From Enoplolaimus lenunculus (taxonomy: Eukaryota), in contig JASANG010002509.1 of NCBI GenBank assembly GCA_030248215.1, forward strand, positions 496,001 to 560,000: DNA of 64,000 nt, in the 5' to 3' direction. Of the stretch, positions 52,889 to 64,000 are shown in pieces. Below the pieces are notes generated by a model that had not been told where the DNA came from, ran no database searches, and worked only from the letters and a program-made list of their open reading frames with translations. The position numbers were made by a program, and so were the translations under genes. How positions within the stretch are numbered: position 1 is the first letter of the stretch; each line of letters starts with the position of its first letter.

Positions 52889-53048
52889 GGCCAATGTAAA
52901 GAATAGTTGCTGAACAGTATTATAAGCATATTCCTAAGCCTAGGAATAAAGCCTATTAGCCTAAGCCACGCAAAAAATTGTCTAAAACTAATGCTTGCTT
53001 TATTACACTGCCACAAAAAATGTTCCGCCCCTGATTTTTACATGGGCC
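52889..53048. mobile_element. Telomere-repeat MITE
   Basis: Family TIRs. Confidence 0.75.
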
Positions 53049-53905
53049 CGCCCTCTGGTTCTGCTAGTGCTTGTAGGTATATGTTTTTGCATGTAAACCC
53101 ATGTGTAAAATAGAACTGTTTTGAAACGGTAGGAATCTCAAAATTTCTTAGCTAATATCATTAGTAAATTTTTTGTAACTAATTGAAAAAGAAGAATTTT
53201 AGACGCACTTTGTGCTTATGGAAAATTATAAATGACTAAATTACGCTTACATATTGGTGAATTTCCGTGGTATTGGGTATTAATAATATATAGATTGAAA
53301 ATGTCACCACCTATGTAAAAATGAAACTTTGATTTTATAAACTACATTGAGCGTTGTCAATTTAGGTAGGAATCGGGATTTCATAACTTTAACTAAGCAG
53401 CTGAGAACGGGGTCTACAGAAGGAAATTTTTTTAGACAGAATTGTTGTATAAAATTAAACAGAATATAGCTCCTGATGGTTGAAATGTGGAAATATGAAA
53501 TTATCGAATCTTGGCGGTTCAAAGAATACCTATTTTTAAATTTTAATCGAAATTGTTTTGAATTTTTTCATCCAAGTGTCCCCTTATGAATATCCGAAAA
53601 TACAAAATTGAAAACGTCTACTCTAAATATAATCAATATATATATTTTTAAATTTTTCAGGTAGAGCTGAGCGCGAATGTACTAAAACTGCACAAATTAT
53701 GTTCTCTGCTTTTTCCCGTAAACCGAAAGAGCTAGTTTTTTTATACCTCCCGGTTCGGATTCGAAATCGGTATCGGCAAAATCGTAACGGATTAGGAATT
53801 GGTTAGATCGTGGGTTCTGTACCACCATGATCTGAACATTCTATTTTATACATGCTTTTTGGATCGAATGCATAATAAATATTTTGTGTCATTAATAAAT
53901 AAAAT

Positions 53906-56900
53906 ATGCTCGACGACGACTCCATCTCATCAACTGGCGTATCATCTGTATCACAGGATGCAGAAGACGTTTCGCTCACACATGTTGCCCGGGGTCCTGG
54001 AAGGCATGTATCGTAAGTTTTTATACATAATGGTTGTGTGCATCTTTGCTGCAACATATATGTTTATGGATCATAGTAACGTTGTAGTACATTGCAAACT
54101 TTTATATACTTGGCATCGATTGTCTATCACAGAATAGCCGCGTACATTCATTACAGAGAAACTGACAGTTAACATTGTAACATTTTCTGAGTTACCATAC
54201 AAACTAGTCGATATAGAGGTTGTGATGTGTGCACCGGGCAACTATTCAGACATACATATATAATTATTAAATTTCTTGTGCAGAAACGTACTATCCAGTA
54301 CAGCAGACAATTTGTTTCTGTTAATTGTAGTTATGTACGCTCCTGATTATGTTTGCTATTATCAGACACATACTTAGCAAGTATTACGTAAAGCGAAACC
54401 GTACAAATACGACACGATGATTCATTTGTAAAAGTGATGGTCCAATATTAACTTATTGTTTGTTTCAGAAGCACCCGAACGATTCTCAATATCTTAAAAG
54501 GCATGATTGGTGCTGGCTGTTTGTCACTACCTGTTGCATTCAAATTTTGTGGACTTTGGGTAGGTAACATATAATAGACATTGCAAATAGTAAATATAGC
54601 ATATTATGGTAATGTAATAAAATTACTGTACTGCGTTCGGATTCTGGCTAAATTGTGCACCGGGACATTGTTTCTGGTACTGTTCATGGTACGTATGGCC
54701 CCGGCCCATGACCGTAAAACATTATTTTATGCCGTGTCGTAAAATGTCGATCAATGTTGTATTTAAATATTATCATCATCTTAAGATTTTGCTGAGACTC
54801 AGCTAAAAATGGCTGCGTAATAGACTTATTCTGCACACATTAAATAATTGTGTTGTACCATCTTATTAGCACAATGCAATGTTCCCATTAATCCAATACA
54901 TTGCATCATTTTAGACTGGCCTTGCACTAACGTTTGTTATCGGAGCATTGAACACACACTGTATGATGATGTTAGTGCGAACGGCACATTTTTTGTACGA
55001 GAAGTAAGGGTGAAATTTTATATATTTTTGGGTTAAGCCGCGAATTACTTGTATAATTCAACAACAAATAGATATACCGCCCCGGTTCCGTCTCAGGTAT
55101 TATAGTTGCTGGATATTACCGCTGAAAAGTGTACCATAACTCTGCATTACACTGGCTCAGGCTGCGGTAAAATTTGCTATCTGGTCGCACCCTGTATACG
55201 TGCCGGTCAGTTTGCAAATCATATGTATATATACATATACGTGTATATATGTCAATATTTATGCGTTTCCACGTATTGATGAAATGAAACTGGAAAGATG
55301 TAAGGTAGCTTTATATCTTTATTGTGTTTAAGAAGTGGAAAAGTCGATTTGGATTACGCGCATCTGGCCAAAAAATCATTTGATTACGGTCCCGAAGCAT
55401 TTCGCTGTCATAGCAAAACAGTTCTGTAAGACTTTATATTATGTTGACAACTTAAAAGGTTTAATGATAGAAAGATAGAATGCGGTATAAACAAATAAAT
55501 AGCTGACATTGAGTTAAATTTGTATTCAATATAGATATCAGATGACTATAGTAAGTGGATTCTACCTAAGCTTTTCCGTAAACGTAAGTTTATGGACATT
55601 TATATCTTTAATGTTAGTTTGTTATTTTGCAGTTACGTCACTAATGTGATTATTTGTCTGTATCAAGTGGGCGTTGGAAGTGTGCAGTTTGTGTTTATTG
55701 CAACGAATCTGAAAGATGTGCGTATGCTTGATCCTGTTTTTCTATTACAAGAAAATAATTTTTATGAACAAAAGTTGATAATGTTCATTGTCTATATGGC
55801 ATATGAGCGTTAAACTGACGTGATAGTATATGACACAAAATGTGCCTCCTCGCGTTGCATTTTTGCCCGACAATGTGATTCGGTAGGGGGATTGTCGCAA
55901 TCAATCTATACATATTTACGAAAAAACGCGTGAGTTGCTCAAGAATATATAAGCGTAGCATAATTGATTTTTGTCAACAAAGCAAACTTGACCCCCTTTT
56001 ACACATGTAATCGTGGTCGGTATCTTAAACTAACCGTATTATATCATTCAAAATTGTTGCTTCGTAGAAGTTCTGACTTGCTTAACTTCTAAGTGAACGT
56101 ATTAAGGGTTGCGCTATACTTGACGTGTGGCGTTGGGCGCCGTTTGAGTGACGCATGGTGACGGACGACGCCGTACGAGAGACTCACGGTGACGGACGGA
56201 GCCGGACATCAACAAAAGTATAGCGCAATCGTCAGTTGTGTAACTTTAACGCTCAAGTTCTGTTATGTTTGCTGTCGTAATTCAATGTTTACTTCAGGTA
56301 TTTTAGGTTTTAAAATCATTCGATGCGAAAATAGATCTCGATGTAGGCGTGTATATGTCGTGCATTTTGTTACCTGTGATTTTGATTTGCTTCATACGTT
56401 CGTTCAAACCAATGGCGTATTTGTCGGCTGGAGGCAACCTATGCATGGTACTCGGGTTTATTATCGTACTACAGTACATCATACGACCACCGAATGTGTA
56501 CAACACCACTGACGCATGGTTCCATGATTTTCGTCGCCTCATTCTGTTTCTCGGTGGCGCTCTGTATGCTTTTGAAGGCCAAGCTATGGTGAGACGTTAA
56601 GTAAAACTGATGCTTTTGCACAAGAATGGAATTTACTGCTCAAGGATTATAGAAGTGAGTATACCAACGAAGTCGATTAAGTTTAAAACCTTGTGAATTA
56701 CGAAATTATAACGAATAATAGCATAGCAACTAATTTACAGATTTTGTACCATTGAATTTCAACGGTTATTGTTGTGATAGCTGGGTTGGATCATCATGTT
56801 ATGCGTGGCCTTGCTCCAGACCGAGAAATTCGGCTACTTTCTTCGGTTGCTTCCATAAGTCTATCGGTTGCAGAGTTGTAGGGTTAGAAGGGCACTTGAA

Positions 56901-59900
56901 CACGTGCTGCACATCGTGGGGGCGTGTCTTGCAGCTCGGACACTTGTTTTCGACGGACGAATCTATTTTGCACGTGTACGAGTTCAGCATCTTGCTATGG
57001 CCCGACCGTAGTTGTGCCATTGTGCATCTTGCTTCTCTGCTGAGTTCTTTCTCCGACTTGTCGATGTCAGGCGGAGGCCTGCAGAGAACTGCATTGGCGA
57101 TGTAATTACTCAGCACGCGGTTGACGGTGTCGGTGTGAATCGTTTCAAGTCCCTTCTTGTAGTTTCGCGGGTCCATAGAAACATCTGACCCTTCTTGTAT
57201 TCGTCGGATTGCTCTGTCGTATTTTCTGAACGTGCCCTTCATGTTGCGAGGTGGTAGACGCGACTTAGTCAGGTGGTGGCATGGACGAGACTCGCGGCGG
57301 CAGCTGAGTAGATACTGTTTCGAGAGCATCTCCGTGTGTGGTTTGACTGGCAGCATTAAAGTTTCCTGGTGTAAAGAGCATTGCGATCTGTTTGGAACAA
57401 TTTACACTTTTGCCATTGAACACGATTGCTTGCTTGCCGGCGGTGGAGTCGGCTCCTCTAGTCAGCGATTTAATTGTTTTCCACAACTTGTTGGTTGAAG
57501 TGTGGCAGTCATATGTGCTTAGGTGTTCACGCCACTTCGTTTGCTTGTAACTTTTAACGATGCCTCGGATTTCGGTGTTCAGCTCGAAGATTCGCTTAGA
57601 GTTCGGTTCCCGTTCTCTGAGGTTGTCCCTTTCTTTGGCTAGAGCGGCTGCTTCTTGTGGGTAGTTCGGCTTGATCTTAGGTATTCTACCCGTAGGAATA
57701 TGGTGACCCGAAGCCTTGTTGACAATTTTCTGAATTTCTTTTCTGCTTTTAGCAGCGAGGTCGGGGGGCTCAGGGCACTGAACTTCTCTTCTGTTTCCGC
57801 ACAGAAACCATCCCAATCGGCCTTGTTGAGATTTAGGTAGGTTTTACGTTCTGACCATACGAAGCCTTTATCTTGAGCAAGGGAGATGATCACAGGCAGG
57901 TGATCAGAGCTGAGCTTCTACTCAACGGACCATTCGGTGTAGGGCAACAGGGAATGCGATGCCAGCGATATGTCCGGTGAGGTAGGTCGGCCATTTACTG
58001 GGAGCCTGGTAGGTTGCTTGAGATTCATTACGCCGAAATTCGAGTTGCCGATAGCGTCAGATAGTAGATTGCCTCTGGTATCTGCAAGGGAGGAGTACCA
58101 TAGATCGTTATGGGCATTGAAGTCACCAATCACAACGGCATCACTGAACTTTAGTAGAGTGTCGAAGTCGGGTCTGAAATCTGTATCGCAACTGCTATGC
58201 GGCGGTATGTAGGTGTTGATGACAGTGAAATCCGCATTGCAAAGGCTGATCGAGATTCCATCTGTCTCAGTGAAGTTATCGTTGACGTTGACGTTGATCA
58301 GCGTGTGGGGTACCGAATCATGGACAATGAAGGCTAGACCTCCTCCAGCGTCTCTGGTGCGATCTTTCCGAAGGAGCGAGTAGTTTGCTGGGCACTTCAG
58401 CTTCGATTTGCCGGACAACTTAGTTTCTTGCAGGGCGGCGACCACAACTTCGTTCGCCTCCATGTAGGCCACGATTTCATCGATCTTGCTTTGAAGCCCG
58501 TTACAGTTAAATTGCAAGTTTTTCAGCCATGAGCCGGAGGTCGAGGTAGCCGGGGCATTGGTTTTGGACGGCTGTTGTTGATGCGGAGGACCTTGCGGAG
58601 CGCGCGGTGGCAGGGGTCCATTTGGCTGTGGCTGACGAAGGAGCACGCATGCAGGGCAGACATATAGTTCACTACATGTTTTTGGATTGATCGTTTCGGT
58701 TAAAATGACACCATTCTTGACACGACGAACATTGGACAGATTTTTGGTTCCAGGTGACCTTATTCTGACAGGCGGGACAGAAGTAGATAGGACCCGGGTT
58801 CCTTTCGATGCCAGCGATTTGGAGCAGGGTACGGATCAACGATACCGGCATGGGTTGATCCGAGCCGCAAAACACGGCCGCAATCTGGAGCATAACGGTG
58901 ATAACCATAACGATGATGACCATCCAGAGTTGAGTTCTCGTCCTTTGTACTCACTGTGAGGCGAGTAGCGGTCGAACCATCGAGCAGGCGACGAGAATGA
59001 CGACCTCAACGGTTATTGGAATTTATTGTTGCATCCGGGTCCGGGTATTCGGGTTATTCACGGTATTTTCGCCAAAAAATTTCGGGTTATTCAGGGTATT
59101 TTCGCCAAAAATTTCGGTTCCAGGTCCGGGTTTTCGCTTCAAGAACTTCCGGATCCGGGAAATCACAACAAATCATTCCGGATCCGGGTCCGCATATTAC
59201 AAAAATACCCGGAATAAAATTATCTTAGTGGTTTTAACATACCACGCGTACAGTCTGAATAACCTACGTCAGGGTGCAACCGGAATTACAATTTACCGGA
59301 ACCGGAACCGGAATTTGAAAATTTTACCGGAACCGGAAAGTGAAAAATGCATTTCACCAAAAATTTCATTGTAATCTTATTTTTCGCTCTGTTATTTGTG
59401 AAATAACCTTAGTCGAACATAGGTATTTATTTTATTTGTTGTATTTTAGATTTTCATCATCGACTGAAGTGAAATCCACCATCAATGGCTTATATTCGGA
59501 GTACAAGTGGCTTTCAAAAGAGATTCTTAAAAATTAGCAAAGTTAAGAAAACGGCCAAATTATAATACCGGAATTTTTAAATCCGGTAAAAATTTACCGG
59601 AACCGGAACCGGAAGGTGAAAAAATGCCGGAACCGGAATTCCGGTTGCACCCTGACCTACGTAGATGTACTAGGGTTACGATTACGAATGTTTAATTAGG
59701 AATGGTTGGGATGCAGAGACACGACATGTCTCATTTTAAGTTATTAATTCTACGTTTTACTTAATGATTTACTTGACATAAATTTTTGTGAACGTCATTT
59801 AGTCGCTTCGCATTGCATACCACCCATTAATATTTTACACACTGAGCTGCTAGAATATAGATGGAGACAGAAATTCTTTTTATCTTTAAAGTATTCGGAT

Positions 59901-61341
59901 CATGTTCAGTTTTTAAGTTATAAAAATTTCGCGCCCGTGTTTGTGCGGAAAACAAATCCGGGTCCAGGTTTGCATTCTTAAAAATTCCGAGTCTTGGCCC
60001 GGATTTTTCTCCGGGTCTGGGTCCGCGTTTGCATTTTTAAAAATTCCGATTCATTTTTGCCAGTTTGTAATAATTAATTGTGCTCAATTTTGTGCTTGAG
60101 TTGCTGTGAACTGATTTAATTCAGCTGTGAGATTGTCACTGAATTGACCTATCGCCTGATTTATATTTCAGATTTTGCCAATGGAAAACGAGATGAAGCA
60201 TCCTAAAGATATGGCTCGCACCATGGGCGTATTGCACACCTCAATGATTCTGGTGTCCACGATATTTGCTTCAACTGGTTTTTTCGGGTATCTCAAGTTC
60301 GGTTCCGCTGTTGGATCTACGATTACTATTAGTATGCCTGATTCACCGTATGTTAACATTTTAAATAATTTTCTTTGTAATTTCAAGCATGAACTTCTAT
60401 AGTAATTCCGCATCAAAGTTTTTTGATGCGAAATGCAAATAAAATGTCGTCGATAGTTTTTGATTGGGTACGTCATCTCGTATTCAGGTTCAGAGGAAAA
60501 TGGACATGTGTTTAATAATTTGAACCGTGGTGGTTCTGGAGTTACAGTGTATTTTGCAGTTAGGAGTATTAGGTAGAAAGTATATTTTCGACTGTGAGCT
60601 CATATCAGAGTCATCTCGTATCCCACCGTCTGCTATGTACAGACTAGTTCAAATAGTATTGTTGTTAGTGCTTTTCTCTTATATGTTTGCAATTAGTTTG
60701 TTAATTTCCATGTTAATTTACAGCGTTTATCAACTTGTTAATGTACTTGTGTGCGGTGCGACCTATTTTGGACTCCCATTGCAAAACTACGTCATCGTTA
60801 GTGCATTGTGGCCCGCAATTCGTAGAAAAATGCCACAATCTCTATTGTATTATGCAGTTGTGTTTGATTCAATATTTCGCGTGTTAATAGTGTTGCTTGA
60901 ATGTAAGTATCTTTTGGTTTTTATTAGCATTGCGTTTTAAATGATTAAAATAAAGCCAAAATATTAGATACACTGCGGTTTTGTTATTAAACGTGTAGGA
61001 CAGCATAATTTTTATACACAGAAATTGATTTTACAATTAAAAATCTGAAATCTGGCTGTGTGAAGGCCTTTTTGTTTTCAGATGCGCTTGCCATGGCCTT
61101 GCCAGATCTAACATCAATTATTCCGTTCATCGGCATTACACTTGGCATGGTGATTTCGTTTATACTTCCGCCTTTCTTGGAAACAGTTACATTTTGGGAG
61201 ACTTGGACTAATCGTGAACTGACCCCTCGCTGGACACAGGTTGCTCATTTGACGAAAAATGCTGCGCTCGCTACGTTCGGCATTGTATCGATTATTACAG
61301 GGTTGTATGCGAATATTGTTCAGTTGATGCATAAAGTATGA
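53906..61341 (+). CDS. Proton-coupled amino acid transporter, SLC36/PAT-like (Aa_trans family), ~453 aa, 9 exons
   Basis: Phase-consistent exons: 53906-54012, 54469-54559 (NILKGMIGAGCLSLPVAFK), 54915-55003, 55333-55425, 55633-55717, 56307-56588 (LYAFEGQAM), 60172-60347 (ILPMENEMKHP..GFFGYLKFG), 60724-60902, 61082-61341. Summed length is 1362 bp, in frame to TGA. Confidence 0.92.
56799..58923 (-). pseudogene. Disrupted single ORF of the retrotransposon (2A-like peptide, PHD-like finger, APE, [RT deleted], C-terminal Zn knuckle)
   Basis: Frameshift near 58680, in-frame TAG at 57918-57920, frameshift near 57725. Pre-RT linker sequence (LWKTIKSL...KQIAMLF) is fused directly to post-RT sequence (LHQETLMLPVKPH) near 57372-57376. 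No YADD-type motif seen in the ORF track. Confidence 0.85.
58935..59005 (-). ncRNA. HDV-like self-cleaving ribozyme at the 5' end of the retrotransposon
   Basis: Minus-strand RNA: GGUCGU CA UUCUCGUC GCC UGCUCGAU GGU UCGACC GC UACUCGC CUCACA GUGAGUA CAAAG GACGAGAA. Helices: P1 GGUCG/CGACC; P2 8 bp; P3 GCC/GGU; L3 UGCUCGAU; P1.1 GC/GC; P4 7 bp; J4/2 with catalytic-position C. G1 is the first base inside the TSD. Confidence 0.85.
59270..59654. mobile_element. hAT-like MITE (CAGGGTGCAACCGG TIR, CCGGAA subterminal repeats)
   Basis: TIR cagggtgcaaccggaatt / aattccggttgcaccctg; perfect 8-bp TSD acctacgt. Confidence 0.88.
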
Positions 61342-62663
61342 ACAATAGCTTATATGAAATATGAACATCCGGAGCAAATATGTCTCAAGTTATGAACGCA
61401 ATCAAATTACAAGGCAACGGATTTTTGATAATTTCTGCCCGGTATCACAGGCGATTAACATTTCTTTTCGTTGCATTACTGTGGGAAATTGTAACGAATG
61501 CGCAGTTGGAATTTCTCCGCTGAATACTGTTTAATTTTATTTTCAATAATTAACTAAATGAATCGTGTAAAATTATTGGGATCTGCTCACTGTTCGACAG
61601 GAAGGCTTAGAAACTGAGAGGCTTAGGATTAGAGTTATGTTTAGATATTTGGGTTTAGGTTTAAGCTTAGGTTTAGTGAACAGGCTTGTATAAGTAACAT
61701 GGACAGTTAAATACATAAATAGCATATTGTATTCTGGTATATTATCAAGTGCCATTGTACTTTTTTAAATTTTGCATATTTTTTAAATTATTGCATAGAC
61801 ATTTTAGTATGCATGTATTTTTTTACACAAGCTATTTGCGGAATGGACTGCTGAATTAATATTAATCTTTCTAAGTATGCCTCCCACATCTAATTTAACA
61901 CTTGATTTAGATTACTGTTAAAAATATTGGCTCATGTAAAAAGATCAGGGGCGGAACGCTTTTCTGTGGATATAGCATAGAATAAGCTTCTAATTTAGCA
62001 CTTTATTTAGATTACTGTTAAAAATATTAATGGAGTGTGGTTAGGGCCTTGTGCGCTCCACCTTACAATCATAATCCTAGGCATCAGTGGCCGTGCTTAT
62101 TTATAAAGGCATGTTCGATGGGAGACTGGGCAACATAAAGACTAGGCAAATGATTGGGCGTATGTTTACACAAATTGGTTAAATCCAAGCTTAGACTTAG
62201 TTGCAAGCCTTTATAATTACCACGGAGCGCCTAAGTTTTGTATAAATGTGTAAGGTTTGAACACTGTCGAGGGATGTGTACACAAGCCCTGTCACATTAC
62301 TGTAATTTTAATTTTGAAATTTGATAGAAATAAATCATGTGCTTGTCTTTTTTAGGAATTTCGATGACCATAAACGGTAGCAAGTGAGATTTCCATTGTA
62401 CTGTACTTCTCGTCGCTTTACTGTGTTGATTAATCTCATTTAAGTTTGTATATTTTTGACAATATTTTCGCGGTACAATTTTATTCTAAAATGTATTTAA
62501 TTGTTTAGAACAAATTTGGCACTGAACAATGGATTCGAATTTTTGTAATTCACCTGCTGTACTTTCTCTCTATCTGTAGACAACAAAATAACATCGATAG
62601 AGGAAGCTTAAATAAGATTTCGGACATTGTGATAAACCACTTGTGGATTTTGATTGTTATAAG

Positions 62664-63024
62664 CAGGGTGCAACCGGAGGTGAAAAATACCGGAGTGGGA
62701 GCTGGAGGTCAACGAAACTTGCCGAAGCCCGAAGTGAGGCGAAATTATTTAGTGCAAAAGATGGTTAATTAGTTAATTTTAGCCAATATCTGCAATATGT
62801 TGTTAAGTGATTTGGTTTTACGTTAATTTTCTGGAAAATTTCGGAAATTTTTTCTGAAAATTGTGACAAAAGTAAAGCGAAACACACTAAAACATATATT
62901 TTGCTAAATTCTGCAAAATTTTTATTACCGAAATTGCCGGACCCTCCGGCAAAAATTCTACTGGAGCCGGATCCGGAGGCCGATTTTCTGCCGGAGCCGG
63001 AGGCAGACATCCGGTTGTACCCTG
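62664..63024. mobile_element. hAT-like MITE (same TIR family)
   Basis: TSD gttataag/gtgataag; internal sequence shared with 45321-45674 and ~6580-7110. Confidence 0.85.
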
Positions 63025-63438
63025 GTGATAAGATTTGGGAGATTCTTGGGGCACAAAATGGCTCGGAGCAACAGTAACTAGGTTGAGAAAAAATTATGCA
63101 TTTAGTTGACGTTTTTATTAGGTGCGCTCCTGAATATGTAGCCCGCTGTGGTTTGATTCTCTGCTGTGTTCCTGGATGATACTTTGTAGATGGATTTTCA
63201 CATAGGTGGATGACTCCAAGGCTCTAACAGCAATGATTCCCTGCTAGTATTCAGGTGCGTCTATGTAAAATTTCTTAAATATATAGATGTATTAATATGT
63301 GTTAAAACTTCCATGCGTAACAATTTAGTTTTATAAAAGTATACACCTGTTTTTCGGATTTGATTACAAAAACCAGGAAGATTATCGCAATAATACTGAA
63401 CGTCGTTGCGAGTTTTTTTCTTGTACTTTGATTAAAAT

Positions 63439-63622
63439 GGCCAATGTAAAGAACTGGGGGAAACAGTGTTATATTCCTAAGCCTAAGCGTAAGAATGAGT
63501 TTATTTCTAAGCCTAAGCGTAAGCCTAAGACTAAGTCAAACAAAAAAATTAGTCTGAAGCTTAAGCTTTACTCTATTCTAGCCTCACACAAGAACGTTCT
63601 GCCCCTGATCTTTACATGGGCC
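63439..63622. mobile_element. Telomere-repeat MITE
   Basis: Family TIRs; degenerate TSD attaaaat/tgtaaaat. Confidence 0.8.
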
Positions 63623-64000
63623 TGTAAAATGAAGTGAACTGTTTTTATCGATAATCAGTTTCGTTTATCAAAAATTAAATAATTTTTGTACTTTGTTTGT
63701 TTGATTTAGGGTTTGAGCGTGCTATCTTGTATTTGTTCAAAAGTAGTTGACAGTGGGGAGTTCGCTGTAAGTACAAGCTAATTCTACGAACGTGGGAGAA
63801 TTTCAGAAAAAGTTGTGTCATTTATGATGCCGGTTCCGAGCAAAATTGTATTTTTCGCTTAATCCCTGCTCACAAAAAGTATACTGCGAACAGCGGAGTG
63901 CTAAAATGTGTAAGCAAAGTAATGGCATGAGAGCACTTACGCACATGGACAGTTCAAATTCATTGAACAACGTGAGAGCTCACTCAGACTCGAGCGTCTA

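Larger units (their letters stand above)
56772..59005 (-). mobile_element. Non-LTR retrotransposon (I-group, Ingi/Vingi-like), 5'-complete but internally deleted (no RT), antisense in intron 6 of the transporter
   Basis: 13-bp TSD tcaacggttattg at 56759-56771 and 59006-59018; GC-rich relative to flanks. Encodes GIERNPGP, a CxxC..CxxC..H..CxxC finger, APE motifs (QFNCNG, ALQETK, GDFNAH, SPDIS, SDHLP) and C-terminal AQLRSGH..CPSC..HVFKC. The 3' end runs into ACAACAA. Confidence 0.92.

Noticed and set aside
28700..53600. Additional protein-coding genes in the 25-kb interval between the divergent nAChR and transporter genes
   Set aside because: Only short ORFs overlapping repeats were found. Isolated donor-like sites (~29810, ~33117 on minus) could be UTR exons but cannot be supported. 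No transposase ORF was found for any MITE.
57720..58685. Programmed frameshifting or stop readthrough in the retroelement ORF
   Set aside because: The shifts fall in short A-runs and accompany an in-frame stop and RT loss; decay or sequencing error is simpler.

Overview
AT-rich, repeat-dense eukaryotic genomic DNA, almost certainly from a nematode: abundant (TTAGGC)n repeats and GT(A/G)AG...TTT(C/T)AG introns. Species is not determinable from sequence alone. Three host genes can be reconstructed by hand: (1) an intronless single-pass membrane protein with a MOLO-1/TPM-like ectodomain (767-2080, minus); (2) a 9-exon nicotinic acetylcholine receptor alpha subunit (19871-28651, minus, ~748 aa); (3) a 9-exon SLC36/PAT-like amino-acid transporter (53906-61341, plus, ~453 aa). 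Intron 6 of the transporter holds a non-LTR retrotransposon bounded by a 13-bp target-site duplication (56772-59005, minus). Its first 71 nt fold by hand into a complete HDV-like self-cleaving ribozyme. This is followed by a 2A-like NPGP peptide, a PHD-like finger and an APE endonuclease, while the whole RT domain is deleted. The remaining sequence is a mosaic of short non-autonomous DNA transposons (MITEs). The commonest family (>20 copies/fragments) has GGCC termini, 8-bp TSDs and internal telomeric repeats. Also present: an interstitial telomere tract flanked by a 28-bp duplication, tRNA-derived segments and several minisatellites. All family assignments come from motif recognition, not database searches.
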